A stretch of DNA of 64,000 nt from Nitrospirota bacterium (GCA_963790205.1 CAWBNQ010000003.1:768001-832000), one strand, 5' to 3'; positions 18,341 to 29,455 are shown, counted from the stretch's first letter. Program-made: numbers and translations. Notes: generated by a model from the letters alone, not told the origin.

Positions 18341-21300
18341 AGAAATATATTGCAAAAGGGTTGATTTTTTTCTCAATCCTGCTTTCTTTCGGTTCCTCCT
18401 CAATCAGCTTTGGCGCGGCAATGACCGATTATTGCCAGGTCCCGCCCTTTATCGGCACCGGAGGCTCGCCCAACATCCTGCTTGTCGAAGACGTCAGCGG
18501 AAGTATGTCCTGGCCCGCCTATTCAGCGATTGATAATGGCACCGCTATCCCTTATAATTCTGCACAAGGATATGAAGGATATTTTGACCCCTCAAAGACT
18601 TATAAAACGCAAAATCCGTCCTGCGATCCCACTACAACGAGCTGTCTTTATATCGAGACGACGCCCACGGGACTGCCGTGTACTCATACCTGCTCCGCGA
18701 ATTCCTGTGTGAGAAACAGCGGCTCTTGCAGCATGCACGGCCAATACGGCAGCGGAACCGGGGCATTCGGATGTAAGACGAGCAGTAATAAGCCCTATGG
18801 CTGCTGCACTGCCATTACAAGCTCCGGAGACTGCAATCTGAATACCGGCAATTACCTTAACTGGTACCATATGCACAGAATAGACCTTACCCGCTGGGCC
18901 ATGACCGGAGGCACCCCTGCTTCGTGTACCGGCACCAGTACTTTCAACGCCAACAATTGCGATCCTGAACTGTGGAACCAGACGGGAAACTCTACGAAGG
19001 TTGGTGCTGTCTGCAATAACAGCCTCGCCATCAACGATGCAGGGACCGAGCTCGGCGGCTGCATCCTTCTGATGGACGACGGAACGCAAGTTACGGTCCC
19101 CTGGAGCAGGGTTAACGACGGCCTTGCTACTCAATTTATGAATTTGCTGGTGCAGCCCAGACTGGGTGTGATGACTTTTGATGGCAATAGCCCGTATGTA
19201 AATTCCCATCAGGTGTATCTCGGTGATTTTCTTGCTTCCAACAATAACAGCGCCGCCTTTCCTTATTCGAATTTCATAACGAACATCAATTCGCAGAGCG
19301 CGGGCGGGGGCACGCCTACGGGTCTGGCCATGTGGGACGCCCTTAATTATTATGCACAGAACCCCGCGCAATATGGAGGCTTCCCTAATCAGACCGGATC
19401 AGGGGACCGATGGAAAAATCCCTTGTTTATCTGTGACGGCGGGGGAGGGAACAACTGCGTGCAAGATACCTGTGCAAGGAATTATGTGCTGCTTATGTCG
19501 GATGGAGAGTGGAACACCCCTAGCACTACAATTGGGAGCAGTCCTACCTGTAGCACGACTTCTACTTCAACGGAATCCGCAGACCCCATGGTGCCCGCTT
19601 ACTGCATGCATAAGGGCTTCACGAATGCGGCCACAAGTACTGCTACCTCGGTAAGCGGTGTTTACACCGTAGGCCTTTTTATGCAATCCGGCAGCGCTGG
19701 GCTCCAGGCCATGGAAAATACAGCCATGTACGGTTCCTTTGCGTATTCGTCACCGACACAGATCTGGCCGGGCAATAAAACCGGTTTTCCCTCGAACAGC
19801 GCTAGGTGCGGAGGTACCACTCCTCCCACTGATCCTTCTGACTGCGGCGGAAGCAATTGCGCATCGGGAAGCCTGTGCGCGCCATTGCCTCCGTCGTCTC
19901 CTGACTGGGACCAGAACGAAGACGGCGCGCCGGACACCTTTTACAACGCCTCTGATGCCATCAACATCAAACAGGACATTATGAACGCGGTCCAGGACAT
20001 ACTTGCGCACGCGACTTCGGGCACGGCCGCATCGGTCCTTGCGTCGGGCCAGGGCAGCGGCGCAAACCTCGTTCAGGCAACCTATTATCCAGTGCGCAAA
20101 TTCTTCAACTCCAGCGTCCTGTGGACCGGCGGACTCCAGAACCTGTGGTATTATATCGACCCGGCGTTTAACAACAGCAGCATCAGGGAAGATGACGGAG
20201 ACAAGATCCTTAACCTTATAACAGACTCTACCCATCAAGACAATATAACGAGTTTCTATTTTGATACCGCTGAACAGAAGGCGAAAGCGCGGCTTTATTC
20301 ATCGTTAAGCACTCCCCTCGGCGCAACGGGCTCCCTCGTCGCCACGATCGACTTCGAGGATCTTGCAAATCTCTGGGAAGCAGGTGTGCTTTTATGGAAC
20401 AGGACCGCTTCCGACAGGGCTATTTATACCCCGCTCAACGCGTCGCAGGCCCTGACCGCCGCCGCGAATAGTTTCTCGGTCGGCGCCCCCACGCCCGATA
20501 ACACCGCTGTGCTGAGACCGTTGCTGAATACCGATGATACCACGGCATCGGCCGCCGTGAACAACCAGCTTGCCGATAATATCGTCAATTACATTCGCGG
20601 CACTGACCTCGCGGATTATATCTACACGGTAGGGACTTCGACCGTGGGCGTGAGCTACAGGCCCAGGACGGTACAGATCGACCTGAACAATGACAACAAT
20701 ATAACGGACACGAGCGTTCCCGTGAGCGGCGTTGCCATGAATGAAACCGTGCCAAATGTCTGGAAACTCGGCGATATCGTCGATTCAACCCCGAAGATCG
20801 CCTCATGGGCTCCCTTGAACAACTATGACACGAAATGGAGCGACTCTAGCTACAAGTCCTTTATCAGCTCGGCCACGTATACGACCAGAGGCACGGTATA
20901 CGTGGGCGCGAACGACGGAATGCTCCACGCGTTCAACCTCGGGACCCTGCAATACACATGGTCCGGGCAGAACAATCCCAGGGAGATTGCCAAGCTTGCC
21001 GGCTCCAACCTCGGGAAAGAGAAGTGGGCCTTCATCCCCAAGAACGTGCTGCCTTATCTCAAGTATCTGGCGGACCCGAATTATTGCCATATCCACACCG
21101 TTGACCTCACGCCATTTCTCGTTGACGCAAGCATAAACAACACGGCAGGCTGTTCAGGAAACTATTGGCAGTGCCAGAAGGACGTAACCAGTTGGCGGAC
21201 GATCCTTATCGGCGGAATGAAGCTTGGAGGCGCGTGCGCGGATACCGCTTCCACCTGTACGGACTGCGTAAAGACGCCGGTTACCGGCCAGGGTTACTCC

Positions 21301-22593
21301 GAGTATTTCGCCCTCGACGTTACGGATGAGAACAATCCGCAGTTGTTGTGGGAGTTTTCGGATCCTACCCTCGGGTTCTCAACGTCCGGTCCCGCGGTTG
21401 TCAGGATAGGTTCCCGGACCCCAAACAGCTCGACAACCAGCGCCTTGGATTCAGGCACGAATGGAAGGTGGTTTGTCGTGTTCGGCTCCGGTCCGACAGG
21501 ACCGATAGATGTCGCATCGCAGAAGTTCCAGGCCCACTCTGATCAGGACCTGAAACTTTTCATTCTCGATCTAAAAGGACCCGGCACCGGTGCGTGGACA
21601 CTGAATCAAAATTACTATACAATAGACACGGGGATTCAAAATGCCTTCGCAGGCTCGTTGCTGAATTCAGTTTTTGACAATTATCCCAACTCAGGCGCTG
21701 ATTATCAGGACCGGGCGCTCTATATCCCTTATGTAAAATTGTGCTCCGCTAACTCCACTTACTGTACTGCCAATACCTGGACGGACGGCGGCGTGTTAAG
21801 GCTCCTCACCAACCAGGACCTGAACGGCACTGACGTGAGCGCCACGGGAGCGACAGCGCTTAACCCCGGCAACTGGGCCTTGAGCACGGTCATGAGCGGC
21901 ATCGGCCCGGTTACCTCGGCAGTTGCGAATCTCCTGAATAAAAATACGGGCCAGCTGTGGCTCTATTTCGGCACAGGAAGATACTACTATAGAAGCCCCG
22001 CAGGATCAGACGATCCGAACACACAAAGAAATCTCTTCGGCATCGTTGAGCCGTGCTTTTCGGGCACTGGCTTTTCGAGCGGCTGCACGACCAGCCGTCT
22101 TATAAGCGAGCTGTCGCCTGTGAACACATCAACAACAGCGGGTGTCACCACTTCAAAGGGCTGGTATGTTAATCTTCAGGGTTCAGGCACCTACACCTAT
22201 GACGAGAACAACAACGGCACAACCGCCGACGATGTGGCGAGAAGCTATAATGCTGAGCGTGTCATCACCGACCCGGTTACCTCTCCGGCTGAATATTCCG
22301 TCTTTTTCACGACCTTCGAGCCCTATAACGATCTCTGCGCCATCGGTGGCAAGACCTTTATCTGGGCGCTCAATTATAACACCGGAGGCTCTGCCAGCCA
22401 ATACCTGGTGGGAACGGCCTTGATCCAGGTCTCCACGGGCGCTATCGAACAGATGAACCTGTCGACCGCCTTTACCGACATGGGCCAGAGAAGGACAGGC
22501 GCCATGGAAGGCCTGCCGCCGACGACGCAGGGCCTGAACCTTATGTCGGCGCCGGCCCCGGTACAAAAGGTCCTTCATGTGCGGGAGAAATAA
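18337..22593 (+). CDS. pilY1: Type IV pilus tip adhesin PilY1/PilC family
   Basis: Signal peptide, vWA-like DVSGS, Cys-rich N-half, C-terminal KLGDIVDSTP, YVGANDGMLHAF, EKWAFIP, YFGTGR. Confidence 0.9.
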   Translation: MKKYIAKGLIFFSILLSFGSSSISFGAAMTDYCQVPPFIGTGGSPNILLVEDVSGSMSWPAYSAIDNGTAIPYNSAQGYEGYFDPSKTYKTQNPSCDPTTTSCLYIETTPTGLPCTHTCSANSCVRNSGSCSMHGQYGSGTGAFGCKTSSNKPYGCCTAITSSGDCNLNTGNYLNWYHMHRIDLTRWAMTGGTPASCTGTSTFNANNCDPELWNQTGNSTKVGAVCNNSLAINDAGTELGGCILLMDDGTQVTVPWSRVNDGLATQFMNLLVQPRLGVMTFDGNSPYVNSHQVYLGDFLASNNNSAAFPYSNFITNINSQSAGGGTPTGLAMWDALNYYAQNPAQYGGFPNQTGSGDRWKNPLFICDGGGGNNCVQDTCARNYVLLMSDGEWNTPSTTIGSSPTCSTTSTSTESADPMVPAYCMHKGFTNAATSTATSVSGVYTVGLFMQSGSAGLQAMENTAMYGSFAYSSPTQIWPGNKTGFPSNSARCGGTTPPTDPSDCGGSNCASGSLCAPLPPSSPDWDQNEDGAPDTFYNASDAINIKQDIMNAVQDILAHATSGTAASVLASGQGSGANLVQATYYPVRKFFNSSVLWTGGLQNLWYYIDPAFNNSSIREDDGDKILNLITDSTHQDNITSFYFDTAEQKAKARLYSSLSTPLGATGSLVATIDFEDLANLWEAGVLLWNRTASDRAIYTPLNASQALTAAANSFSVGAPTPDNTAVLRPLLNTDDTTASAAVNNQLADNIVNYIRGTDLADYIYTVGTSTVGVSYRPRTVQIDLNNDNNITDTSVPVSGVAMNETVPNVWKLGDIVDSTPKIASWAPLNNYDTKWSDSSYKSFISSATYTTRGTVYVGANDGMLHAFNLGTLQYTWSGQNNPREIAKLAGSNLGKEKWAFIPKNVLPYLKYLADPNYCHIHTVDLTPFLVDASINNTAGCSGNYWQCQKDVTSWRTILIGGMKLGGACADTASTCTDCVKTPVTGQGYSEYFALDVTDENNPQLLWEFSDPTLGFSTSGPAVVRIGSRTPNSSTTSALDSGTNGRWFVVFGSGPTGPIDVASQKFQAHSDQDLKLFILDLKGPGTGAWTLNQNYYTIDTGIQNAFAGSLLNSVFDNYPNSGADYQDRALYIPYVKLCSANSTYCTANTWTDGGVLRLLTNQDLNGTDVSATGATALNPGNWALSTVMSGIGPVTSAVANLLNKNTGQLWLYFGTGRYYYRSPAGSDDPNTQRNLFGIVEPCFSGTGFSSGCTTSRLISELSPVNTSTTAGVTTSKGWYVNLQGSGTYTYDENNNGTTADDVARSYNAERVITDPVTSPAEYSVFFTTFEPYNDLCAIGGKTFIWALNYNTGGSASQYLVGTALIQVSTGAIEQMNLSTAFTDMGQRRTGAMEGLPPTTQGLNLMSAPAPVQKVLHVREK

Positions 22594-22597
22594 AGAG

Positions 22598-23089
22598 ATG
22601 AGGGATGAGAACGGTTTTACGTTGATCGAGATGCTCATCACGCTCGCCATCATCGGCATACTGCTCGGGATTGCGGCCATTTCCGCCGGTGCATGGCTTG
22701 AACGGTACCGGGTGGAAGGCCAGACGAAACAGATGTATACCGATCTGATGAATGCACGGGTAAGCGCCATGCAGAGAAACCGGGTTTTTTTCGTGACCCT
22801 GGGGGCGAACCAGTATGCAATCTATGAGGATTCGTGGCCTGCTCCGGACGGAAACGGGAACCTTGATCCGGGAGCTGGACAAGACCGGCTCGTGATGCAG
22901 AAGACCACGCAATATGCCCTCAACTCGAGCGCGGCAAACTTTAATTTTAGCCAAAACGGCCTGGTGTCCTGGAGCAGCGGTACGATCTGGGTCACCTCTA
23001 CGGCAAGCCCGGCTTCCGACTGTATTGCCTTGGCTACTACAAGAATTCTCATGGGGAAAATGAATGGAACGAATTGCATTACACAATAA
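22598..23089 (+). CDS. FimT/GspH-family minor pilin
   Basis: Prepilin motif G|FTLIE; C-terminal Cys pair. Confidence 0.85.
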   Translation: MRDENGFTLIEMLITLAIIGILLGIAAISAGAWLERYRVEGQTKQMYTDLMNARVSAMQRNRVFFVTLGANQYAIYEDSWPAPDGNGNLDPGAGQDRLVMQKTTQYALNSSAANFNFSQNGLVSWSSGTIWVTSTASPASDCIALATTRILMGKMNGTNCITQ

Positions 23090-23462
23090 GAAGGGCATGA
23101 CGTTGATAGAGGTCCTGATCGCGCTCCTCCTTCTCATGGTCGTAGCGCTGGCGGTGATGCGGACGGCGCTGGTAGGGATGAATGCGAATCTGCAGAATTC
23201 CGAGCGGGACGAGGCGGTGAATGTTGCGGACCTGCGGATGAACGAACTGCGGGACATGCCTTTTGACAACATTGTAAGTGATCTGACGGGCACGACAATA
23301 TCACGAACTTTCCGAGGCGCCACCGTGACCTATACGCAGACGCAAACGGTAACACAGGTCGATACCGGCAATAACACGAAGCAGATAGCCATAACGGTTG
23401 CCTGGCCCTTTGGGGGGCGGACTTATACTCATAGCGTGACAACGATCATGAGGCGGCAATGA
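23064..23462 (+). CDS. PilV-like minor pilin
   Basis: G|MTLIEVLIAL; position in the cluster. Confidence 0.8.
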   Translation: MERIALHNKKGMTLIEVLIALLLLMVVALAVMRTALVGMNANLQNSERDEAVNVADLRMNELRDMPFDNIVSDLTGTTISRTFRGATVTYTQTQTVTQVDTGNNTKQIAITVAWPFGGRTYTHSVTTIMRRQ

Positions 23463-24559
23463 ACAGGCGAAATAAAGGAGTTACCTTGATCGAACTGCTG
23501 ATCGTTCTGGCGATTTTCGGCATCGTTCTGGCGGGGACCTCGCAGATGGTCGTCGGCATGCTGACTACTCACCGGCAGCAGAGCAAGATCGCGGAGAGCA
23601 ATATAGAAGGAATTATCGGCCTTGAGATGCTGCGGCAGGACCTCGGAAAAGCGGGGTTCGGCCTGCCGTGGAACGGATTGACGACGTATACCGAGGCTAC
23701 GGGCAATCCCTATAATTTGAATGATGCGTCGAACCCTCCGCGAGGGATCGTGAGTAAGAATGACGGAGGATGGAACGGCACGGATTATCTGGTGATAAAA
23801 GCCGCAAATGTGGCGACGAATACTGCATGCAACAAATGGACATTCCTTTCACCGGCCAATGTACCAACTGTATGGACGTCGTCCACGTCAACGAGCGATA
23901 ATTTTGCCGACACTGACCGGGTGATCATTCTTTCGCCAGGATCGCCTAGTTCGGAAGGCACCGCAAGAACACTGATAACATCGGGCTCGTTTTTCGCCCA
24001 GTTCGGTTCCACCTCCGCCTTGGCGTCGACTATGACGTCAACAGGAATCGTCTACGGCATCGATCCGGCCACCGACCTGAGGATGCCCTTTAACCGGGCG
24101 GACTTCTATGTCAAGCAGCCGGCCACCGCGATGCCCCAGCGATGCGCTTTGGGAACGGGCATTCTGTATAAAGCGGTCGTGAACCAGAGCGATGGGAATT
24201 TGACGGAAATGCCGCTGCTCGACTGCGTTGCCGATATGCAGGTGATCTACCGTTATGATCCGAACGGCAGCGGATCTGCGTCACTTTCACTTACAAACGA
24301 TATCTCGACCTGGAGCGCCCAGACCATTCGCGACAATGTCAAAGAGGTGAGAGTATATGTTCTGGCGCAGGAAGGCCAGAAAGATCCAAATTTCACCTAT
24401 CCGGGGGCAAACGCCTGTGTTGGCTGCGACTCGACCGTTGGCATTACGGGTTCCCTTGGAAGGCAACCTCAACCTTTCAACTTCTCCGGGATCACTAATT
24501 GGCAAAACTACCGGTGGAAAATTTACACCCTGGTTGTAAAACTGGATAACCTCCTGTGA
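23459..24559 (+). CDS. PilW-family minor pilin
   Basis: G|VTLIELLI; LRQDLGKAGFG motif. Confidence 0.85.
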   Translation: MNRRNKGVTLIELLIVLAIFGIVLAGTSQMVVGMLTTHRQQSKIAESNIEGIIGLEMLRQDLGKAGFGLPWNGLTTYTEATGNPYNLNDASNPPRGIVSKNDGGWNGTDYLVIKAANVATNTACNKWTFLSPANVPTVWTSSTSTSDNFADTDRVIILSPGSPSSEGTARTLITSGSFFAQFGSTSALASTMTSTGIVYGIDPATDLRMPFNRADFYVKQPATAMPQRCALGTGILYKAVVNQSDGNLTEMPLLDCVADMQVIYRYDPNGSGSASLSLTNDISTWSAQTIRDNVKEVRVYVLAQEGQKDPNFTYPGANACVGCDSTVGITGSLGRQPQPFNFSGITNWQNYRWKIYTLVVKLDNLL

Positions 24560-24572
24560 ATCGGGAAGAGGC

Positions 24573-25322
24573 ATGGTGGTCATATATATGAAAAACGTGG
24601 ATACGACAAAAAAACGGGAAACGCGCTTCAGTGTTTTCATCGAACCGTCTGCGGGTGATGGAGGGGAGAAGATTGCCTTGCCAACGGGTATTAAATCCGA
24701 AAAAGGGGTCGTCCTCGTCGTGGTCCTGGTGATGTCCGCGGTGGTGCTTGTGGTCATGACGGCGTTGATCTATATGATCACTTCCGGAACGCAAATCTCC
24801 GGTTTGCAGAAAAGATATAAGACGTCCCTTGAAGCGTCCAGGGGCGGCAGCGACCTTTTTTATCAAGTTGTCGGGTCAAGAGGGATACCCTTAACGCTGA
24901 CGGGCGTGAATCCATTTATTCTTGGCGCGCCGGCATGCAGCGGCACCGATATTTACACCGGAGCGACGTATACGGGATTTCAAGCCAAACTCATGACGTC
25001 TTCGGCGACATGGTCCGCAGGTTGTAATAGTACTCTGAACATCAATCTGAACGATGGTACTCCCGCTCCCTATGATATGATGCTGGCAATCGGGACATCA
25101 CCCCAATACAACTATTACGCTAAAATAGTTGGTGCCATACAGGGGAATTCAGCCTCACTCGGGAGTACCTCGCTTTATACGGGCAGTGTGATGACCGGAT
25201 CAAGCGGGGCCGGCGCCATCCCGGTAGTGAGCCAGCCCTATCTGTACGCAATAGAGGTGGACACGGAAAACGCCACGAATTCTGCTGAGCGGGCGAAATT
25301 ATCCATTCTTTATCAGTATTGA
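24573..25322 (+). CDS. PilX-like minor pilin (true start probably TTG near 24678)
   Basis: SEKG|VVLVVVLV lacking Glu5, as is typical of PilX. Confidence 0.75.
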   Translation: MVVIYMKNVDTTKKRETRFSVFIEPSAGDGGEKIALPTGIKSEKGVVLVVVLVMSAVVLVVMTALIYMITSGTQISGLQKRYKTSLEASRGGSDLFYQVVGSRGIPLTLTGVNPFILGAPACSGTDIYTGATYTGFQAKLMTSSATWSAGCNSTLNINLNDGTPAPYDMMLAIGTSPQYNYYAKIVGAIQGNSASLGSTSLYTGSVMTGSSGAGAIPVVSQPYLYAIEVDTENATNSAERAKLSILYQY

Positions 25323-25397
25323 GGCAGGCGCGGATCACTATGTTTCTGCCGACACAATAACATCACTAGCATTCTTTCCTCTTTTCCCGAAAATCCT

Positions 25398-26303
25398 ATG
25401 CGTGGACTGACTTGTGCAGTGCTTATAGTGTTTGTTCTTTCCTGCTCTTCTGAAAAGCAGGCAGAGCGCACCCGAAATCCATCTGCGGGGCCCGGCGTTG
25501 CCGGGACCACACAACCGGTTTCTCCTCGTACAAAGGAACCCTATGTACTGGAAATCTCACCGAAAGCGGCCTCTCGGGATTCAACGGTAAATCTCATCTT
25601 TACGGGCTTTGCCGCAAGTGACGCAAAGATCGAGTGGCTCCTGAACGGAGCGCCGGAGGAAAGCGCTTCGCCGAACCAATTTACGTTATCGCGGGCGAGA
25701 AAGGGTGACACGCTCCAGGCGAAGGCGATCATTCAGGGCCGGGAGATACTGTCCAACATGATCGAAATCGTGAATGCGGCCCCCGAGATCACCAGTATTA
25801 AACTTCTCGCTGAAATTGTTAAGCCCGGCGACGCTCTGGGCGTAGCGGTCACGGGAAGCGATGCCGATGGAGACACAGTAATGTTTCTGTACGAATGGAC
25901 GATCAACGGCGAACCCGCGGGGAACGAAGAGAGAATAGGGGGGCCGGTAAAAAGAGGGGATCGGGTTTCCGTGAAGGTCACGCCTTTTGACGGGGAGAGC
26001 TACGGTCGTCCCGTCGTGCTGGACAGGGAAATCCAAAATATGCCTCCAATAATTCAAGAACACAGGGAATTTCAATTCGATGGGAAACTGTACACGTATC
26101 AGGTGAAGGCATCAGACCCGGACGGTGATCCTCTCGCCTACGCAATCGAGTCGCCGGCGGAAGGCATGATGATCGATAAATCAAGCGGGTTACTAACCTG
26201 GAATGTGCCTGCTGAATTTAAAGGCAAGAAAAACGTATCCGTCATTGTGACAGACGGACACGGCGGCATTGCGAGGTATGTTTTAAATATAACCATTCAA
26301 TAA
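25398..26303 (+). CDS. Lipoprotein with Ig-like/cadherin-like repeats
   Basis: Lipobox-like VLSC; SDADGD, SDPDGD, VTDGHGG motifs. Confidence 0.8.
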   Translation: MRGLTCAVLIVFVLSCSSEKQAERTRNPSAGPGVAGTTQPVSPRTKEPYVLEISPKAASRDSTVNLIFTGFAASDAKIEWLLNGAPEESASPNQFTLSRARKGDTLQAKAIIQGREILSNMIEIVNAAPEITSIKLLAEIVKPGDALGVAVTGSDADGDTVMFLYEWTINGEPAGNEERIGGPVKRGDRVSVKVTPFDGESYGRPVVLDREIQNMPPIIQEHREFQFDGKLYTYQVKASDPDGDPLAYAIESPAEGMMIDKSSGLLTWNVPAEFKGKKNVSVIVTDGHGGIARYVLNITIQ

Positions 26304-26610
26304 AATGAAGCGTTAACATGGGCGTTACAAGCCATTTTGCTTTCTTCTTCTTCGCTTCTTTTTATCACTCATAAATCCCGCGAACCCGTGATTTTCTTCG
26401 GTTGTTTCTCTCTGACGACCGGTTCATTATCCGCTCTCCGAATACCCCGAAAATACCCGCTAACGGGTATGTACACTCGCCTGCCGTTGCGAGTAAAATC
26501 AAACCCTGAATTTGAAGCTTTTTACATAGCGTCCGGCAATCCATAGTTGCCCGGAGGGAGCCCCGTTTTTTTTGAATGACGAACCTTGCATCGAGGAGAG
26601 GTGATCAATC

Positions 26611-27111
26611 ATGAAAAATAGCGGATTTACCATGCTCGAAATTATCGTCGTCATGGCCATTCTTGGCACCCTGCTCGGCATTGCCGCCATGTCCGGACGC
26701 GACTGGTTGGAACGGTACCGGGTGGAAGGGCAGACAAAAGAGCTGTATGCAGATTTGATGAATGCAAGGGTAAGCGCCCTGCAGAAAAACCGGGTGTTTT
26801 TTGTGGCTCTGCAGACAGCAAACCAGTATGCAATCTATGAGGACACGCATCCTTCTCCTGACGGGGATGAAGACCTGCAACCGACGCGAGACACGCTTGT
26901 GATGCAGAAGCCCACGCGCTTCCCGCTTCAGCCTCGTCTGGCTTTAGGCCGCACAACCTTTAGCTTCGGGAAAAACGGCCTGGTGTCGCTCAATGGCTCG
27001 ATCCGGTTTTATTCATCCGCAGATCCTTTCTCCGACTGTATTAAACTTTTTTCAACAAGGATACTCATGGGGAAATGGGACGGATCGTCATCGACATGCA
27101 TTGCTCAATAA
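26611..27111 (+). CDS. Second FimT/GspH-family minor pilin
   Basis: G|FTMLE; close paralog of 22598-23089. Confidence 0.85.
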   Translation: MKNSGFTMLEIIVVMAILGTLLGIAAMSGRDWLERYRVEGQTKELYADLMNARVSALQKNRVFFVALQTANQYAIYEDTHPSPDGDEDLQPTRDTLVMQKPTRFPLQPRLALGRTTFSFGKNGLVSLNGSIRFYSSADPFSDCIKLFSTRILMGKWDGSSSTCIAQ

Positions 27112-27338
27112 GCATGGTATGATGCCGGGAGAGGATTGAGTCGCCGGGCACGTGGCGCTGTGGTCGCGGATGAAGATATTATATCTTCCTCGAAAAGAGG
27201 TGATATGGTATAATACAAACTCTCACCGACAAAAAAAGCGGTATCCAATGCCATGGATATTGCCGCACAGGTGATTCATGCAAAGTTTCGATGTTCTCAA
27301 AATCCGCCTCAATAGGTTTTTTAGTGTAAGAGATTACT

Positions 27339-28052
27339 ATGGATTTGCTGATCGAAGGTTTTAAACGGGCCTTTTCGCTCATTTTCCATTTTGATGCCGA
27401 GTTGATTGGCATTGTTTATTTATCCCTCAAAGTTTCAGTCCTTGCTCTGCTGATCGCAACGGCAGCTGGTTTGCCGCTGGGGGCGCTGCTCGGCCTGAAG
27501 CGTTTTTCTGCCAAAGGGCCGATCATCAGTCTCATGAATACCTTTATGGGACTGCCTCCGGTGGTGGTCGGGCTTTTTCTCTACCTCCTCCTTTCGCGCA
27601 GCGGCCCGCTCGGGTTTATGGGGTTGCTCTACACGCCCGGGGCCATGGTTTGTGCCCAGATAATCCTTGCCCTCCCGATCGTGCTGTCTCTGACACACTC
27701 CGCTGTTGTCAATGTCGATCCAATCATCCGCCAGGCGTCGCTCTCGCTCGGTGCATCGCCGTTTCAAGTCGTTCTGGCGGTTATTGCCGAGGCGCGGTAC
27801 GGCATTCTGTCGGGGATCATGGCCGCCTTCGGCCGGGTAATGGCCGAGGTCGGCGCGATCCTGATCGTGGGCGGCAATATAGCCGGGCTTACACGGGTCA
27901 TGACCACGGCCATTGCGCTCGAGACGGACAAGGGAAATTTCGAACTTGCGCTTGCGCTGGGCGTTGTTCTGCTGCTGCTGTCGTTGATCATCAACATTGC
28001 GCTCCACTTCGTCCAGAAGAAGGGGACGGTGCATACCGAAACATGGCTCTGA
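27339..28052 (+). CDS. Tungstate-type ABC transporter permease (TupB-like)
   Basis: MGLPPVVVGL, SRSGPLG, EVGA...VGGNI...TRVMTTAI. Confidence 0.85.
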   Translation: MDLLIEGFKRAFSLIFHFDAELIGIVYLSLKVSVLALLIATAAGLPLGALLGLKRFSAKGPIISLMNTFMGLPPVVVGLFLYLLLSRSGPLGFMGLLYTPGAMVCAQIILALPIVLSLTHSAVVNVDPIIRQASLSLGASPFQVVLAVIAEARYGILSGIMAAFGRVMAEVGAILIVGGNIAGLTRVMTTAIALETDKGNFELALALGVVLLLLSLIINIALHFVQKKGTVHTETWL

Positions 28053-28705
28053 CGCTCACGCTGACCAACATATCGAAACGCTATAACGGCAAAGCAGCGC
28101 TTCGCGATTGCTCCTTTGCCTTCGATCACAGCGTGATCTACGCGCTTATGGGTCTGAACGGCAGCGGGAAATCGACGCTCCTCAGGATATGCGCTCTTCT
28201 CGAACCTGTCGACGACGGCACGCTCACGTATCAGGCAGGCAAAGACCTCCTTCCGCATGACCTGGCGCTCAGGCGCAGGATGTCCCTGGTGCTGGCCAGG
28301 GTCGGCGTTTTCAACACGACGGTAATGAACAACGCGGCCTACGGGCTCAGGGTGCGGGGATTCGAAAAGGCCGTCATCGCACGGAGAGTCGAAGCGGCGC
28401 TTGAAACCGTCAGGCTCGCGCATAAAAAGCAGCAGAATGCCCTCACTCTTTCGAGCGGGGAGACCCAGCGTCTGGGCCTGGCGCGGGCGATGGCTATCGA
28501 GCCGGAAGTCCTGTTCCTGGATGAGCCCACGGCCTCGATCGATGAAGAAAATACGCAGATCGTCGAAGGCATCATTCGTGCCATGAAACAGGGCGGAAAG
28601 ACCATGGTCATCATGACTACCCATGACCGGGAACAGGCCGCGCGGCTGGCGGACAGGGTGATCGAAATGCGGGACGGAAGGATATTTATTGCTGATGGCT
28701 CATAG
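28043..28705 (+). CDS. ABC transporter ATPase (TupC-like)
   Basis: GLNGSGKST, LSSGE, LFLDEPT. Confidence 0.9.
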   Translation: MALTLTLTNISKRYNGKAALRDCSFAFDHSVIYALMGLNGSGKSTLLRICALLEPVDDGTLTYQAGKDLLPHDLALRRRMSLVLARVGVFNTTVMNNAAYGLRVRGFEKAVIARRVEAALETVRLAHKKQQNALTLSSGETQRLGLARAMAIEPEVLFLDEPTASIDEENTQIVEGIIRAMKQGGKTMVIMTTHDREQAARLADRVIEMRDGRIFIADGS

Positions 28706-28714
28706 CGGAGAGCT

Positions 28715-29326
28715 ATGAGCACCGAACACGAGCGTATGGCCCCTTTTATGAATGAACCGATCATCCTGGCGTCCAACTCCCCCCGGCGACGGGAGCTGCT
28801 GAAGCAAATCGGCTTGATCTTTACGACAGACCCGGCCGATGTGGACGAGCGGGTGCTGCCCGGCGAGGGCGCTGAAGCGTATGCTGTCCGCGTGGCGCTC
28901 GATAAAGCACGTGTCGCCGCGGGCCGGGCCGGGAAGGGGATCGTCATCGCCGCCGACACGATCGTGGTCCTCGGCGACGCTATCCTTGGCAAGCCGGCGG
29001 ACGCCCGGGACGCCGAACGCATGCTCGGCATGCTTTCGGGCAGGATGCACCGGGTGATCTCGGGATTGGCAATCGTGGACGCGAAAACGGGCAGAGCGAG
29101 CACTGGAGCGGCCGGTACCACGGTCTGGTTCCGGGGCCTCACGCCCGCCGAGATACGCTCCTATGTTTTGACCGGAGAGCCGCTCGATAAAGCGGGCGCT
29201 TACGGCATCCAGGAAAAGGGAGCGCTTCTTGTAGAGAAGATCGAAGGGTGCTACTTCAACATTGTCGGCCTTCCCCTGTTCCTTCTCGGGGGAATGCTCC
29301 GCGAGTACGGGGTAAACCTTTTATAA
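28715..29326 (+). CDS. maf: Maf-family nucleoside triphosphate pyrophosphatase
   Basis: ILASNSPRRRELL, AADT, DKAGAYGIQ, VGLP. Confidence 0.95.
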   Translation: MSTEHERMAPFMNEPIILASNSPRRRELLKQIGLIFTTDPADVDERVLPGEGAEAYAVRVALDKARVAAGRAGKGIVIAADTIVVLGDAILGKPADARDAERMLGMLSGRMHRVISGLAIVDAKTGRASTGAAGTTVWFRGLTPAEIRSYVLTGEPLDKAGAYGIQEKGALLVEKIEGCYFNIVGLPLFLLGGMLREYGVNLL

Positions 29327-29426
29327 ATCGGCTCCTTCCCCCATTTCCCCGCTTTTTGCCGAAGAGCTGCTATTTCCCGATGCGCCCCGTTGGAGCGGGT
29401 TTCGCTTAATTATTTACCCCCCCGGC

Positions 29427-29455
29427 TTGACAAGCCCTGTTTGTCATTCTAAAAT
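29427..29455 (+). promoter_or_regulatory. sigma70-type promoter of the LuxR-family gene
   Basis: TTGACA-17bp-TAAAAT. Confidence 0.7.

Noticed and set aside
27339..28705. ABC transporter without a binding protein as an anomaly
   Set aside because: The TupA-like gene may simply lie elsewhere in the genome; cannot be judged from this window
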